DNA of 64,000 bases, taken from contig JAUCBJ010000341.1 in assembly GCA_032718475.1 (NCBI GenBank), positions 9,069-73,068 on the forward strand, given 5' to 3'. Of the stretch, positions 22,975 through 37,590 are shown one piece after another (positions within the stretch are counted from its first letter, which is position 1; every line of letters begins with the position of its first letter). Source of the stretch: Nemertoderma westbladi. Its lineage: Eukaryota; Animalia; Xenacoelomorpha. The notes under the pieces were generated by a model. That model ran no database searches. It saw only the letters and a program-made list of their open reading frames with translations, and was not told the DNA's origin. The translations under genes were made by a program, and so were the position numbers.

Positions 22975-23441
22975 TGTAAAAGCTTCTGTGGGATGTAACT
23001 GGCCCTTTTGCTTCGCAATCCAGTTTCCCCCCTAGGCGCTGGAATATTCTAAAAGGCTCTATAACTATATATATATTCCCCTCGCCCGCAAGGTACCGTT
23101 ATAGGTGTTTTAACGGACATAAAAGTCATTCTGCTATATACGTGTTTTGGCGGACATGGTAAGGCAAAAAACCTGCAATGCACCAAATACCTTTCACAGC
23201 TTAGCCGTGATGATTCATATTACGACATCTAACAGCTGGTTGCTGACATGGAAACAGCCATTGGCCACATGGTTCTTTGTTTAGCTTAAGCCAATCAGAG
23301 CGATTTCTTCTGTCGATGTGGAGCTTTCGGCCGATCATACTAGGAGTGTTCAGTCTTACTGTTTTGGTGATACTGTTGTGTTATTGCTATCTAGGCCAGG
23401 AACACCGGCTCTAGAGTCAACTCGGTTTCATACTTTAGAAG
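22975..23441 (+). repeat. 3' LTR of copy A, left part, broken by inversion
   Basis: Matches 10015-10481 with 2 substitutions, then homology stops abruptly. Confidence 0.92.
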
Positions 23442-24589
23442 GAAACAACATGTTCCTATCTGTTCAACCGTAAGTAGTCATCGTTTTATTTAAGCAGGGA
23501 CACAAAGCGCAACCCTGTTTAAATACTGTAAGTAAAATTATCACATTGGTTACATTTTTGCATATGTGTTTCGCCGGGATTTGGCTCATCAGCTACACTA
23601 ACCCGTGCATGCAGGACACATGTTAATCAAACTAACTACACCAAAAACCAGCTAAACACACACACATACTTAATAAACAAAATAGTATTGCATTCCAGAT
23701 CAAATAAGCAATCATTTCCTTAGCAACGCTATATTAGATAATTTATATCCTTCCACGGCTTAGAAAATATAGATTATAAATTTAGCAAGTCAAAGCCGTT
23801 GGGGTGTGGGATCCGGTTACAAAAATTAAATATATAAATATAAATGTAAGGAAACCAAGATCAACCACGTTAAATAAATTATTTGGAAACAGAGAAACAA
23901 CATGTTCCTATCTGTTCAACCGTAAGTAGTCATCGTTTTATTTAAGCAGGGACACAAAGCGCAACCCTGTTTAAATACTGTAAGTAAAATTATCACATTG
24001 GTTACATTTTTGCATATGTGTTTCGCCGGGATTTGGCTCATCAGCTACACTAACCCGTGCATGCAGGACACATGTTAATCAAACTAACTACACCAAAAAC
24101 CAGCTAAACACACACACATACTTAATAAACAAAATAGTATTGCATTCCAGATCAAATAAGCAATCATTTCCTTAGCAACGCTATATTAGATAATTTATAT
24201 CCTTCCACGGCTTAGAAAATATAGATTATAAATTTAGCAAGTCAAAGCCGTTGGGGTGTGGGATCCGGTTACAAAAATTAAATATATAAATATAAATGTA
24301 AGGAAACCAAGATCAACCACGTTAAATAAATTATTTGGAAACAGAGAAACAACATGTTCCTATCTGTTCAACCGTAAGTAGTCATCGTTTTATTTAAGCA
24401 GGGACACAAAGCGCAACCCTGTTTAAATACTGTAAGTTAAATTATCACATTGGTTACATTTTTGCATATGTGATTCGCCAGGATTTGGCTCATCAGCTAC
24501 ACTAACCCGTGCAGGACACATGCACGGGTATACATCTAAGCCGTGGAAGAATATAAATTATCTAAAATAGCGTTGCTAAGGAAATGATT
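23442..24589. repeat. 452-bp tandem repeat (about 2.4 copies) ending in a short inverted piece
   Basis: gaaacaacatgttcc at 23442, 23894 and 24346. About 24536-24589 is the reverse complement of part of the unit. Confidence 0.9.
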
Positions 24590-25817
24590 TGTTCGCGCTT
24601 TCAGACCTTTAGCAGTTTAACCTGCCAAATTTGGATGTCTTCTAGATAATAAATCGACTTTAGCCTATGACGAGTATTTGATACACTACATTAGCCGAAG
24701 CCAGTCTATGCGCGACCATTCACCCGCTGGATATACCCGGGAGACTGGATTCGGAAGCCTAACCTTATTGCGGTGTAGGCCTACTGTATTATTCGACTGA
24801 TCGTAATATATAATTTCTGACAAATATTATTCACTTTCGGGAAATATGAACAGTTCCTTTAGGACGTGGCGCTCTAAATATGTAAACAGAGTTATGACTT
24901 AAACTAGACACAACGGGATGGCTATGGATTCACGTATATAGCGCATTCTTTAGGAGATGCTTTGTTATCAGTCACAATCATACACACTACTGCACAATGC
25001 TGCACACCGATCTGCCGACCTTCACTAATTTAGTCACATATAAAGAGAACAACGACCGATACATGTAGTGCCTATGAAATAGCATTAGATTCACTTCAAA
25101 ACCACTTTAATGTAAGTCGCAATCGTTATATGTAACCGGTCTCTCTTACCTTCAGTATATCAAGAAGATTGAGGGTTTTATGATTAATTTATCGATATTA
25201 TCCAATATAATAATATTCCATCAACTGATATAATGAATAACCGACAGTAAATAGCAGTAAAAATGCGGTGTTTGTAGTTGACAATATGATTAGGTGAGTT
25301 ATGTTATGATTGATTTGTTAAGTAAGATAACAGATATACGTTTCTATGATTAAGCCTACTAATGTTGGGCTAAAGCCTGAAACCACAGAGATTCCAAAGC
25401 CGGTCATCTGGCTATGGACAAAATACACATACTGATCCTTCTGGGCTGTTGTAGGTATCTTTCAACACAAAGAGAAACAGCTCTCATTGGCCGAGTTCCA
25501 GATTCTGTAGGTTCCACGAATGTCTAAATGCCGAACTATTCGGGTTTTTGCAGCCCATATTCAACACAAGGCGAAATCGCTCTGATTGGTGGATCATTGT
25601 TCTGATTGGTTGATCGAACAGAACAAAGAGCCTATAGGCGTACAGCAAATCGGTTGGTAGATTGCGTCATTTGAGTTAGGTAGTTTAGAGTATTTGAGCG
25701 CATTGTGGGAAAACTGGCTTTTTATGTCCGCTAAAGCACACATGCAGTCCTCTAAAAACACCTTACACAGTACATTGCGGAGAAAAGGGCCCTTTATATC
25801 CCGCAAAAGCTTTTGCA
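24590..25817 (-). repeat. 3' LTR of BEL copy B (TGCAAAAGC...GCGCGAACA)
   Basis: Follows the PPT on the minus strand; homologous to the copy A and C LTRs, especially the 3' half. Confidence 0.88.
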
Positions 25818-25895
25818 CCGCTCCCAGAAAATGGGATTTAATTCTATAAAATATAAAAAATCACAGTTTCTAAAATATAAAAATACTCTAAACAG

Positions 25896-27254
25896 CTAGT
25901 CTTTCTTGCGCGGACGGCGTTTACGCAGTTTTTTGAGGCTAGCAAGAGTCCTTTTCTCTTTGGAGCGAGCCACTTTACTAGGAGAGCTGTAACTCCTGGG
26001 TGAAGGGTGCAATACAATTGCATCAGAAGGTTTAGGGTTACGGTCGATGTCTCGTCCATTTCGATATGCTTCTCCTCGAGCTGATTTTCCTCCGCTTATC
26101 GTTGGATGCATTCGTCCAAAACTCTTGCAGAGAATAGGGTCGTCCAAGTTCGATATCTTCTTAGAGATTCTGAATTTCCTGATCGAACTGAGATAAAATT
26201 AATTCGTTTACCGCTTGGACTTGCTGCTGCAATTTACGTTTCTCTAAACAATTGTAGGTTCATTTTCCGATCTTTTGACGAATAGTGTCCAACGCATTTC
26301 GTACAACTCTTTCCTCCGCCTCGGTGACAGGTTGTATCGGGTTAAACAGGGACGATGATACGGTTGAGTGGCGATATTAGATGTCTGCGTCCCAATCCGA
26401 CTAGGTAAGATGGGTGAATATGTAGGGAGCCCACAACCGGAGTGCCACCGACTAACTGTTCGGGTAACACTAGATCTTTGAACAGTGAGTACAGTTCGGG
26501 AGGATCCATGATACTATTAGGATCAAGAGTCTGAAGTCTAACTAGGGAATGAGGAGGTCTGACCGAGTATTCTGGAACTCTGATCATAGGTTTATTTAAG
26601 GATTGTTTGAATCGAGCGAGCGTAGGTGATACATCGAACAAGTTTCGCTCGAAACTCCTGTAAATATAGCGAGTAAAACCGTGTTTAAAGCAACGTCTCC
26701 GCGGATATTTATGTCTTTCCGTTTGTTGGTTGGGTCTTGGGCATTCATTGCAATACTACCAAAGACGCACGTCTTGTAGGGGAAACGCGGGTGATATTTA
26801 TTCGGTTTTACAATGTTTCTCTCAAGAATTCCAAATATACGTTGGAGTTACCGCGTTTATCCGGTTCTTTAACGTCTTCTCTTTCAAGTCGATTTCGAAT
26901 AGAATTTTCGCATTCGATTCTCAATTTATCGTTCCGACTCCGCTGGGTATGATATTTAAATAGGACCATTTCCCTTTCGGTGTCGATATCGTCCGTATCG
27001 TGTAAATCGATAGGATGGCCAGTAGTTAAGAAGTCCATATACGTACCATTACAATGCGTATAGCGAACAGTGAATTTTCGATAGTCCAATTCACGCGTAA
27101 GTTGCTCCTGGGACATCGGCGGTTCGATATAACGACCATCGTCCTCCGTAGTAGTTGGACTAGCATCGCTGCGTATCAAGCTATCAACAAACGCTTGCAA
27201 CGGTAGAGTATATTTCTCCCTGATACCAAGATCATCTTCTATCAACTGAGTCAT
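25896..27254 (-). pseudogene. Copy B accessory ORF remnant; exonuclease and zinc-finger region deleted
   Basis: MTQLIEDDLG... N-terminus, PMIRVPEYSVRPPHSL block and KKLRKRRPRKKD tail are present with stops and frameshifts. About 2.7 kb present in copy A is missing. Confidence 0.8.
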
Positions 27255-27570
27255 AGCTGCTATATGAGTTTATCAATATTATAATGAGTTTATATTTAGG
27301 CTAGCGAGCGTCGCTGCCTACCCCTCTCGGCCCCCGGACAGAGCAAGATCCTCAGCGCTGGTGTACTTTCGCCGATGTGCCTGTCGCCAACGTTGTAGCT
27401 GCACAACGACCACAACAACCAGCGCGAGTTACTCCACCGTCCGTCCCAAAGGCTTAGATTTACTTCAGGTTCTTACTGGAGAGTTAGGGCTACTTTCACA
27501 ATTGCGACTCGCTACTGTAAACACACTTTAGTAGTAACATTCACCTATATACGCACAAATTCCACACAAC

Positions 27571-29147
27571 TGTGGGGCGAGCCACGAAGTGAGTGAGCCT
27601 TAGCGTAGTGGTACCATTAATCAACCTGTCGTTCTGTCGTTCTGTCGTTCTGTCGTGTTCAATTTTAAACGTTAATAACTCGGCCAATCTTTGATGAAAT
27701 CTATCCAAACTTGGTACACATGTTGTTTGGCAAAAGTTTAGAAATTTTCCAAGTAGAATTTCAGTGTGGCCTTCGAGAAGCTAAGATAATAGCAGTTAAT
27801 TAGTTAATTAAGTTATTACGGTAAAAACACCATTTTCAACCTGCCTTTTAAAGGAAATTAATTGTTTTACAGTATAAGATTTAAATAATTATAATTAAAA
27901 ATTATACAGATGTAATCCCCATACGCCATTCTATTATAGTTTTTAATTAGTTCAAGTGATTTGCTTTAATAATTGTGTCTTTAATTGATCTAAAGTAATT
28001 AAAACGGCAAAAAAAATTTATTCTCATTAAATACTGCTCATTTATTGGCCAACATGCTGGTACATAGATGGGATGTGTGTGTCATTCCCAGTTGCTGGGA
28101 ATGATTATTGGTCAAGTCTCTGCTGCTGGCTGGGAGTTGTTGCTAAGACTAACCAGAGAGGAATAGTAATAGACAACCAGTATTGCTATTCCAGCCCAGA
28201 CAGCATTCTTTAAATTCACTATAAATGTTGTATTGCTATCTCAGGTGAATGACAGATATCATAACATAAATACTATCCATGGCATGGCTGTTGTGTAGGC
28301 TTCTGAAATAGTTTATTCCACAATGTATATGTCTGGTTATTTTTTAATTGAATTTTTGCAAAGTAGTAAAATTAATGTTCTTAAAAATAATATTATTATT
28401 TTATATGTAACCTAGGAAATTAGCTACATTTTTTCGCTGCAGCTTTAAGAGTGTACATTAATTTAATATTATTTCAATACCCATATTACTACATCGGCAT
28501 AAGATGAGTTGGCGTTGTATCACACATCTCCACATATCACACATATCCACATAGATGTATCAACAGTTACTCGCACAGTTTCGAAACTTCGCATAGTTAT
28601 AACTGTATAAAGATCGTCAGTCTGCGTTTAGGAAAAATATTTTATAACAAAACAGGACAAGCGACGAGCGCAACGAGGCATATAATGAAGACGAGTACTG
28701 CGTTGACTAAATTATTATATAAACCACCTGGCTTCACATATTGATCGCATCCCTAGTTATTATTATTATAAAGAACGTCCTAGCCTGCGTTTAAGAAATA
28801 TATTTAAATACAAAACAGGACGAACGCAACGAGGCTTATAATGAATACGAGTACTGCGTTTATTATATTCCTATAAACCACCTGGCTTTGCATATTGAAC
28901 GTGCGATTGGAAATAAGTTCGTGCTACCCTTCCGTGGGTGGTAGATGTCGCGGTTATGTATTGGTGGTTGGGAAGGGTGGGGGGGGGGGGGGGGATTAAA
29001 AGGGGTGAACACGTACTGTCCCCCTTTCTTTGATTGATTGGTGGTGTGGGTAAATTTCTCAAAACCTGATTTTGTGATACAGTCGCTCAATTTTAATTTG
29101 TATCTCATAACTGGGCCTCGTGCTGCGCGAAGGCCCCACGAACGTGT
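27571..29147 (+). mobile_element. TGT-bounded Helentron/DINE-like element (copy 2), inserted in BEL copy B
   Basis: TGTGGGGCGAGCCACGAAG...(TTCTGTCG)n...CGTGCTGCGCGAAGGCCCCACGAACG-TGT. The empty site acaac-TGT-cacaaacc is visible in copy C at 43991-44006. Confidence 0.8.
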
Positions 29148-30497
29148 CACAAACCGCACACATTCGGGCCATTTGTCCGTTAGTCAGTGCCTTCCAGAAT
29201 GCCACGTTATTATTATGTATCCTTGGATACTAGCAGTGTGCTATTTATTCCCTATGCTATTCAATGGGACAAGCCTTTATTGTTCTTTTAACTCACTTCT
29301 AATTCTAGCGTGGTTGTTGCCATGGTGACATTATGGAAAGCTAGCGGTAGAATTAGGGTAATTCTCATGCATACAGATCTGGGATGCTATTTAATAGTAA
29401 TTCTTTAATTGTCAATATTCCTCTTTATACATGATTTTATGAATTTTATCGGATATTGACTATATATTGGAGATTCTCGCACACTAATACACTTAATAGG
29501 GTGAATCTCCGCTCCCATGATCTATTAATTAATGGAATTTTGGGAATGGTATAAATTGTATAAAGATGACAATTTATCAAATTCATTAAAATATGAATTT
29601 AAATGTATTCCCGCAAATTTTATTATTTAATATTAAATAGACACAATTTTATTCCAGAACATATCTGGGGACTGAGATCCTTGATTCTAGGAAATTTGTT
29701 CTTTTAAGAGTATCGGTAAGTGCTACGATATCTTAATAGACTAGAATTTTAAAGGATCTAAAATTTGACAGATTTTGTAAATATTAATAATTAATATTTA
29801 AGATAGGCACCAGTTTATTCCAGAACTTGTCTGGGGACGTTAACCACTGATTCTAGAATTTTGTCTTTCAAGTATATCGGTGGGTGCCGCGATATCTTAA
29901 TCGACTAGAATTACAGATGGTCAAAGGGTTTAACAGATTTATTTCGCGTTGTACGCTACTGTTAAAGTGACATCACGCTACTATATGTATTATTTAAGAT
30001 ACGGTATGAGAGCAATATCGCACAAAGCAATGTCAGTGAGAAGAGGCAAGTCGTTTCCAAGGTCTACCCAGAGCTTGGTTTAGCCGAGACACGAGGATCT
30101 GAATTTTGCATTCCTAATACTCTACTTTACCAATAATACTTGAATACAGTAGGAGCTTTATTGTACTTTAATAAGTACGGAGATTTCATCTTACTGTAGT
30201 TACGTATTTGTAATATAATACTATAATACTATACTATTACTACTATATATACTAATATATACTACTATAATAAGAGAAAAAGAATTATTTCTCGCCGTCG
30301 CACTAAATATATAATATATAAGTAATTAAGTAATAAACACGAATATATATTGCACTAATCTACTAAATAATCGCTAAAATAACATTCTACTAAATAAAAT
30401 TAAAGAAAACGATTATAATAAAATTACATAATAATACATACATAAATATAAAATAATAAGAAAATAAAATAATATGGTCACACACCCACTCCATACG

Positions 30498-32030
30498 CTA
30501 CTGAGCTGGGGAGTCCCTAGATGTTTGTTGGATTAGGGAGGTGGTCGTGGGAAGAGTATCTTGTCTTCCATAGTTTCCGGAGAGTTCTCTGTCTCTTTCC
30601 AGTAAACATAAACGACCAACTGGGCGATTGAGCTGCTGTGTCTCGAAGACAATTCCCGGTTTCTTGAAGTTACGTCGCATGACGACGAGTTCTACCGATC
30701 GCACCAAACCGTCATCCGAGATGTGAGTCTCGATGATACGACCTGTCTGCCACCTCTTACGTGGAAGATCTGAATCCACAATAAGGACCATGTCTCCAGC
30801 GCTGACGTTTTCTTGCTGCGCAAACCACTTCGTTCGAAGTTGTAGCGTGGGCAGATAGTGTTTTTCGAAATGGTCAGCGAAATGACGGGATAACAACTGC
30901 ATGAGTTGCCAAGTTTGCCGGCAGTATTCGTCTCCGTCTGTGATTTCCGATTGTGGGAGCATGGCTACAGGTTTCTTCAGTAGGAAGTGCGCGGGTGTTA
31001 GCGCTTCCAGGGAATCGGGACTCGATGAGACTGGCATAAGCGGTCTCTCGTTGAGATAGGTGGCGATTTCCTCCATTAACGTCCGCAAAAGTTCGTCGGT
31101 GAGATACGCACGGCACGGCACTATAAAGTGAAATGCGGTCTTCACGCTTCTGATTAATCTCTCCCAACTTCCTCCCCACCAAGGGGCGTCGGCGGCGTTG
31201 AAGGTCCAGCTAGACGCTGTTAACCTTAGCTGATCGTCCACCTGTCTTTGGTTCCAATCGTTGACGTAAGCTTTGATTTCATTGTTGGCACCAATGAAGT
31301 TTGTTCCCTTATCAGATCTCATCGTGTTACTAGTTCCAAAGCGAGCGATCTGTCGTCGTAAGCTTAATAGGAAGCTGTTGGTAGATAAATCGTTCACCAT
31401 ATCGAGATGGATAGCTCTACAAGTCATACAAACAAAGATGACACACCATCTCTTGACTATAGTCCTAGCACGATATACTTCAATAGGGCCAAATAAATCT
31501 ACACCGGTATTAGTAAAGGGTGGTTCATAGAAGCTTACTCGTTCCCTAGGTAATTCTGCCTCTCGCTGTGTTAAAGGCCTACTGAATGCTTTCCTACAGG
31601 GTATGCAGTTCCTAAGAACTTGGTTCAGAGCTCTACGGGGTTTATAAAAATAATAGCGAGTTCGAATTTCGCTAAGAACTCGTTCTCTACCAGCATGATA
31701 AAGTTTGCTGTGAACATATACAATCATCTTGACTTGTATCTCAAGATTTCTAATGAGTATGGGAAACTTAGTGTCAAAGGATAATGGAGCATTCGTTAAT
31801 CTTCCTCCAACACGTATCAACCCATCTATCATTGTGCTAGAGAAACGATCCCTTAAGCGCATCTGTGGATTTCTCAACAACAGGAAATACTTATCGGAAT
31901 CCTCATAGCATTGCAGGAGTCTCAGCATCTGCTTGTTGGTTTCTTCATGCTCCTGATAACTGATCTTCTCCTTCAGAAACCTGTCGGATATCTTATATTT
32001 GGGTAGATCTTTAACAACATGGACCTGCAC
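30498..32030 (-). pseudogene. BEL/Pao integrase region of copy B (frameshifted from RT-RNase H)
   Basis: HHCC (HSKLYH...CIPC), TGVDLFGP, RSDKGTNF, GGSWERLIRSVK and a DUF5641-like C-terminus. Out of frame with the upstream ORF. Confidence 0.92.
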
Positions 32031-32035
32031 CGATG

Positions 32036-33455
32036 TCAGCGCAGCGGAGCGGTATCACTATTGGTCTTCGTCCCGGAGTAGTAATGATGAAAACATTGTT
32101 TTAAATATGTAACGGCCTTACAGAGCCGATTCCAGGAACTGCAGTGATGTATCGCTCTCTGCAGGAGAGGTGAGAGTCCTTGCGAGACGTCTGGTATTCC
32201 AGATTTCCAATCCTTCTGACGGATTTCCACAACAGACTTATTTATGGATGTGGGTTTCAGATCCAAAGCGTCGTCTCCGGAAGTGTGTAGTACAGACAGA
32301 TCTACCATAGGTTTAAATAACTTCGATTTACTCGCCCGAGTTTTGGGTTTGACTTTCTCCGCTCCCTTGGCCTGTCTAATCTCTGCTGTAGTAAGATGAG
32401 GAGGCCATTCTTCTTCTTCTTTGTAGAGGAAGTCGGGTCCACCTAACCAGTCTGGAGTATCAACCAGTTCTTGTGGAGTTGCTCCCCTGGAGGCGACGTC
32501 TGCTGGATTGATCGTTCCGGGGCAATGTCTCCATTGATCCATCTTCGTGCGACTAAGAATAATGGCTACTCTGTTGGTAACGAAGACGCTGAACTGACAG
32601 ACTTCATTGGTTATATACTCCAACACGAGTAAAGCATCGGTCCAATAGACAGTTTTCTCCAATGGATAATCGATCTGTTCTGTTACATTCCGGCCGATGG
32701 CGGTAGCGTATAGAGCCGCTTTTAACTCCGCTCGAGGAACTTTCAACTTGTTGTTTATCAATGCCTTAGAGGTAACCAAGGCGACTTTGATTCCATCCGG
32801 AGTTTCCACTCTTAGGTAGGCTACTATACCCATTCCCATATCGCTGGCGTCTCCAAACACATGGAGTTGATAGGAATACGTAGGGAGAACATGACCAAAA
32901 TATGAACGGGAAATTATAAAGTTCTCGATGGCTGGTAGAGAATCTTCCCATTTCATCCACTTCTTTAATAATTCCCCCTTAAGTGGATTGTCCCATGAGT
33001 GGTTTTCAAGCCACATTTGTTGTACTAAACTCCGAGCAATCAATATAACTGGGCTAATAAATCCCAATGGATCGAAATAAGTGCTCAGGATACTTAAACA
33101 AATCCGTTTAGTCCGAACTGGATTATCTCGCTGTTTTAGCTGGAAAAACAGGATATCTCTCTCTGTGTCCCATTTCAAACCAAGTGTCTTGGTTTCTGGA
33201 AGATCATCTTTGATTAGATCTAGGTCTTTCGCTCCTCGATCTTCTACCGGGATCGACTCCAGAAACTCACGGGAGTTGCTGGTGAATTTAGTTAATCGAA
33301 ATCCACCTCTTTTTAAGCACTCTACCGTTCCTTTAGCGACATCAATGGCTTCTTCGACTGATGGAAGGGACTTTAGATTGTTGTCCATGTATATATCCCG
33401 TTTGATGTTGTCAATCACCTCTTTAGAGAAGGCTTCCCGGTTGTCATCCGCAGTG
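32036..33455 (-). pseudogene. BEL/Pao RT C-terminal half and RNase H of copy B
   Basis: Continues ...SVVRT|TADDNREAF...IYMDNNL (YxDD changed to YMDN), TLGLKWD, FDPLGFISP, LHVFGDAS, PRAELKAA, WTDA, NPADVASRG. Confidence 0.92.
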
Positions 33456-33460
33456 GTGCG

Positions 33461-34243
33461 TGTACGCGCTTTTGAAGACCTTTAGCAGTTTAACCTGCCA
33501 AAATTTATATGTCTTTTGGTTTATAAATAGACTTTAGAAGATGACAAATATTTAATACCAATAAACACAACATTAGCAGAAGCCAGCCTAGTGCGCGTCC
33601 ATTCACCCGCTGGATATACCCGGGGGGCTGGATTCTGAGGGCTTAGATTATTATTGCAGTGTAAGCTTACTGTATTGTATTATTCGATTGATCGTTAATA
33701 AATAATTTCTGACTAATATTATTCACTTTCGGGAAATATTAACAGTTCCTTTAGGACGTGGCGCTCTATCTAGGTAAACAGAGATATGACTTATACTAAT
33801 CACAACGGCAAGTCGGTAAGGCTTAAGATTCACGTATGAGGCGCATTCTTTAGGAAATGCTTAGTTATCAGTCACAATCATGCACACTACCGGTAACATA
33901 CAATACTGCCCACTAATTTGCCGACCGTCAATGATTTTTATCATATATAAAGAGAACAGCAACGGACCAATGTAGTGCTTATCAAATAGCATTAAATTCA
34001 CTACATACACAATAATATAAGTCGCAATCGCTATATATAACCGTCTCTCTAACCTGTAGTGTATCAAGAAAATTGGGAAATTTGGGTTCTTTATAAATGT
34101 TCTCCAAATAATATTCAACCAAACAATAGTAAATAGCAGTATAATAATGTATATTGAACCGATAATGTAAAACTGAATTGCGATCAGTTGATATGATTAG
34201 ATAAGATAACGGTTATACGCTCTATAATTTAAGCCTACTAATT
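33461..34243 (-). repeat. 3' LTR of copy A, right part (inverted), followed by TSD CGCAC
   Basis: Reverse complement of about 10486-11268, with one indel seen. Confidence 0.92.
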
Positions 34244-34664
34244 TATAATCTATATTATAATATATAAATAATATTATATATAAATATATAAATCAATTAT
34301 ATCGTACATGGGACGATTTTTTGAACTAACCATATTGACAGTACAGCAGTAAGCCTAATAGCTGCTGAGAATGGTCATAAACAACTATAAAAAAAGCATG
34401 ACCTCCAGCAAGTGATTGCGAAACTTGCACTATTGCCATACTCACCACGGACTGTGGGGCTTGTTAGTGTGGGTATGCAAGCAAAACTCGAGTTTTGAGG
34501 ACACTCATTTTATTTCCTATGCCCAAACTGTACCACCTCTGTTCGGACATAGAAATAACCTGGTGTTTGCACTATTGCCAAGTTTCCAATAGCGTGAAAC
34601 CGCACCAAGTATTTTACGACTTAGACTTACGGCTATTTCGAATTAGGGTTGGTGCGCGAAAAAA

Positions 34665-37590
34665 TTGCTGCAAAGCCCCAAAATTTAGTGGGCCAGTTAT
34701 TTCTCTTAGATAGAACCCCTGAAACAATAGGTCTAGCGCGTCGAAAGTACTTGTCCCTAACTAAAATTATGTCCTCTTTCAGATGAGACAAATAAAAATT
34801 TAATAGCTCCAGTAGTTTTCGAGATATGAGGAGTTCCTGGCACCCATACCATATCAGCACTTTTCGGAATTGATAAAATTACTCAAAATACAAGCATCAC
34901 CCTTCAAAGACTTTGGTATAACCATTAAACCATATTATGCTTTTTTGGTTAGTCGAATTAATTATTAGTAATCGAAAGCGAAATTAGAATAAAATCTTCA
35001 TTGTTTATTTTATAATAGACACTAAAAGAGCACCAAAATTACAAGTAGCTCGAAATTTTCAAATAGCCAAAAGTGGTAATTTGGCCATATAGTTTGGCTA
35101 CTGAGGTTTTATAATGTGCTGATTTCATTGGCAAGGTTTATAAAATTGTGGTATTTTCAAAAATGGCCAATGTTTCAGTCGAAAATTCTAAGTGCCAACC
35201 AGTGCACTTCTATTTCAGTACTGCAGTACTCTGGTACTGGTGCGGTAATGTAGTGAATTATTCAGTGTGGTATTTGCATTGCACTGCACTACTGCGTTAG
35301 GCATTACATTACTGCTGAGTGCTGACTGCATTATGTGTTACTGTGTTAGGCATCAATGCCTTATCATTATTACATTACCTGATTACCTGTATTTATTTGA
35401 CTATTTATTATCACCTCTCTCTACACGGGCTGGCAGCCACGGGCGGGGGCCTAATCTAATCTGGACATAGTATCTGAATCTGTATGGAGGGGAGGCCGTA
35501 GCAGTTATAGTTGGAAAGTGCTGTGTGTATAGATGACGCTCGCTCGCTCGGTCTACAGAGTGGCACTTAGTTCGACTAGTCAGGGCTTTTTTATAGATCA
35601 GATGACACCAGGGCCTACCACTAACATTTGTACATTTCAACGGGCGATATACTGATATATTCAGTAAACCCGGAGTGCCGGAGTCTGTTCTGACTTCAGT
35701 GTGCTATAAATGCCTCAAATTCCTCAGAGACCGACAGTAAAAAGAATATACCGTCCATCGTTTATCGAAATTCATGAAGGAGAGTAAAATTAGTTCTTTA
35801 TCTGATCTAGAAATGAAGCTACTGCTCGACTTTGGCTTGGAGGGTCCGGTTATTATTTAAGAATCATCATGCTAGGTTTATTTTCCTGCCCAAACCAACG
35901 GGACTCCTATCTGAATCCCCGAAGACATATCAGCCCTTTCGGAGGATCTCAAGTAAGACAATATGCGTGGCCACCTTAACAGTGTTCGCTTCTTACGATC
36001 TTGGATTTAATAGACAAAGGTTATTGATACATAATAGATATGCTGAGATAAATTAATATTACGACTTCAATATAATGAGGAACTGATATTATTTAGGGGA
36101 ATTATTATTAACTATCCTGGAATATCGTGTCGTTTAATGATTTGAGGAAGTGATACTTTATTTTACTCTACTCTACTATGTGTTTATGTGTTTGATGCGG
36201 AATTAAGAGATTCATATTCAGTCGGGGATATTTATCCTGGGTTACCGGTACGTTTAACACTATCTGCTATCTGGCCCGGGCTATACGGTCTATATTACTA
36301 CAGTAATTAATTGGCCAGTGGGGGGGGGGGGGGGGGGATTTTCTGATTTTGACCCCCAGGATGAAAAGTACAAGTAAAAAATTGTCAAACTAAACATTTT
36401 GTGCTTGGTTTGATAATTCTAAACGTATACCGGCTTTCGAGGTAGCTGATCGCGATGAAAGTAGTTATAAATATTTCTGGTATGTGCAAACCCTTTTGGT
36501 GCCATTTTGGTGCTCCAAAACGAAAAGTACAAGTAGCAAAAATTTGAAACTGTTTAATTTTGCCTTTGGTTTGGTAATTCTGAAACTATACTGGTTTTCA
36601 AGGTCGCTAATCACGATACAACTCGTTAAAAATAATTCGTGGTAACGCAACTATCGTTTTTCGTGTTTGTCTGGTGGGCGAAAAATTCAAGTATCATAAA
36701 TTTCAAAGGGAAAAAATCAAATTTGGTTGGATGGATAATACGATATTTTGAGTGTCATATTCGTGATCAGCATCCCAAAAACCCCAAATGTTATAAAATC
36801 AGGTTGATTTGGTAATGATTTTTCATTATGAAATTTGTGCTACTTGTATTTTTCGTGCCGCACATTGACACGTATCCAAAAAAGCCGTAATCAACAAGGT
36901 GCGATATTTTCAAATGTCATATTCGTGATCAGCATCCCAAAAAACCACATGGTCATAAAATCAATTTGTTTTCGTGGTGATTTTTCATTATCATATTTCC
37001 ACTACTTGTTTTTTCGCGCTCCAGGGGCACAAATAACTGACTAATAACTAATATAACAACATGCCTATGTTGTTATATTACACAACTCTTCGATATGTTT
37101 GATGTAGAGGAATAAACCTTCCCAATGAAATCAGCACATTCTAAAACCTCAGTAGCCAAACTGTATGGCCAATTTACCACGTTTGAAAAAAGTGCTACTT
37201 GCACTTTTGGTGCTCTTTTAGTATATATTGATAAAAAAATGAAATTGTTGCTTCTAATCTTACTTTCGATTACTAATAATGAATTCAACAAACCAAAAAA
37301 GCATAGGGCCTAATGGTTTAATGGTTATACCAAGTCTTTGAAGGGTGATGTATTTTGTGTAATTTTATCAATTCCGAAAGGTTCCGAAATGGTATGGGTG
37401 CCAGGAAGGCCTCATATTTCGAAAACTACTGGAGCTATTAACTTTTTATTTGTCTAATCTGAAAGAGGATTAATTTTAGTTAAGGACAAGTACTTTCGAC
37501 GCGCTAAACCTATTGTTTCAGGGGTTCTGAGACGTTCTGAGAGTTTAAGAGAAAATACTGGCCCACTAAATTTAGGGGTTTTGCAGCAGC
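34665..37590. mobile_element. Foldback-like non-autonomous DNA element with ~480-bp imperfect inverted repeats
   Basis: 34665-35140 (gctgcaaagcccc...ggcaaggttta) is the inverted match of 37111-37590. True termini and TSD not resolved. Confidence 0.65.

Larger units (their letters stand above)
10015..23441 (+). mobile_element. BEL/Pao LTR retrotransposon copy A (RT/IN-deleted, with accessory exonuclease ORF); rest of its 3' LTR lies inverted at 33461-34243
   Basis: Order: 5' LTR, ~2.2 kb leader, gag-PR ORF, accessory ORFs, PPT, 3' LTR. TSD CGCAC at 10010-10014 and (minus strand) 33456-33460. Confidence 0.92.

Noticed and set aside
30498-33455. Copy B as an active autonomous element
   Set aside because: RT is split by copy A, the catalytic motif reads YMDN, there is a frameshift before integrase, and gag and the 5' LTR are missing.
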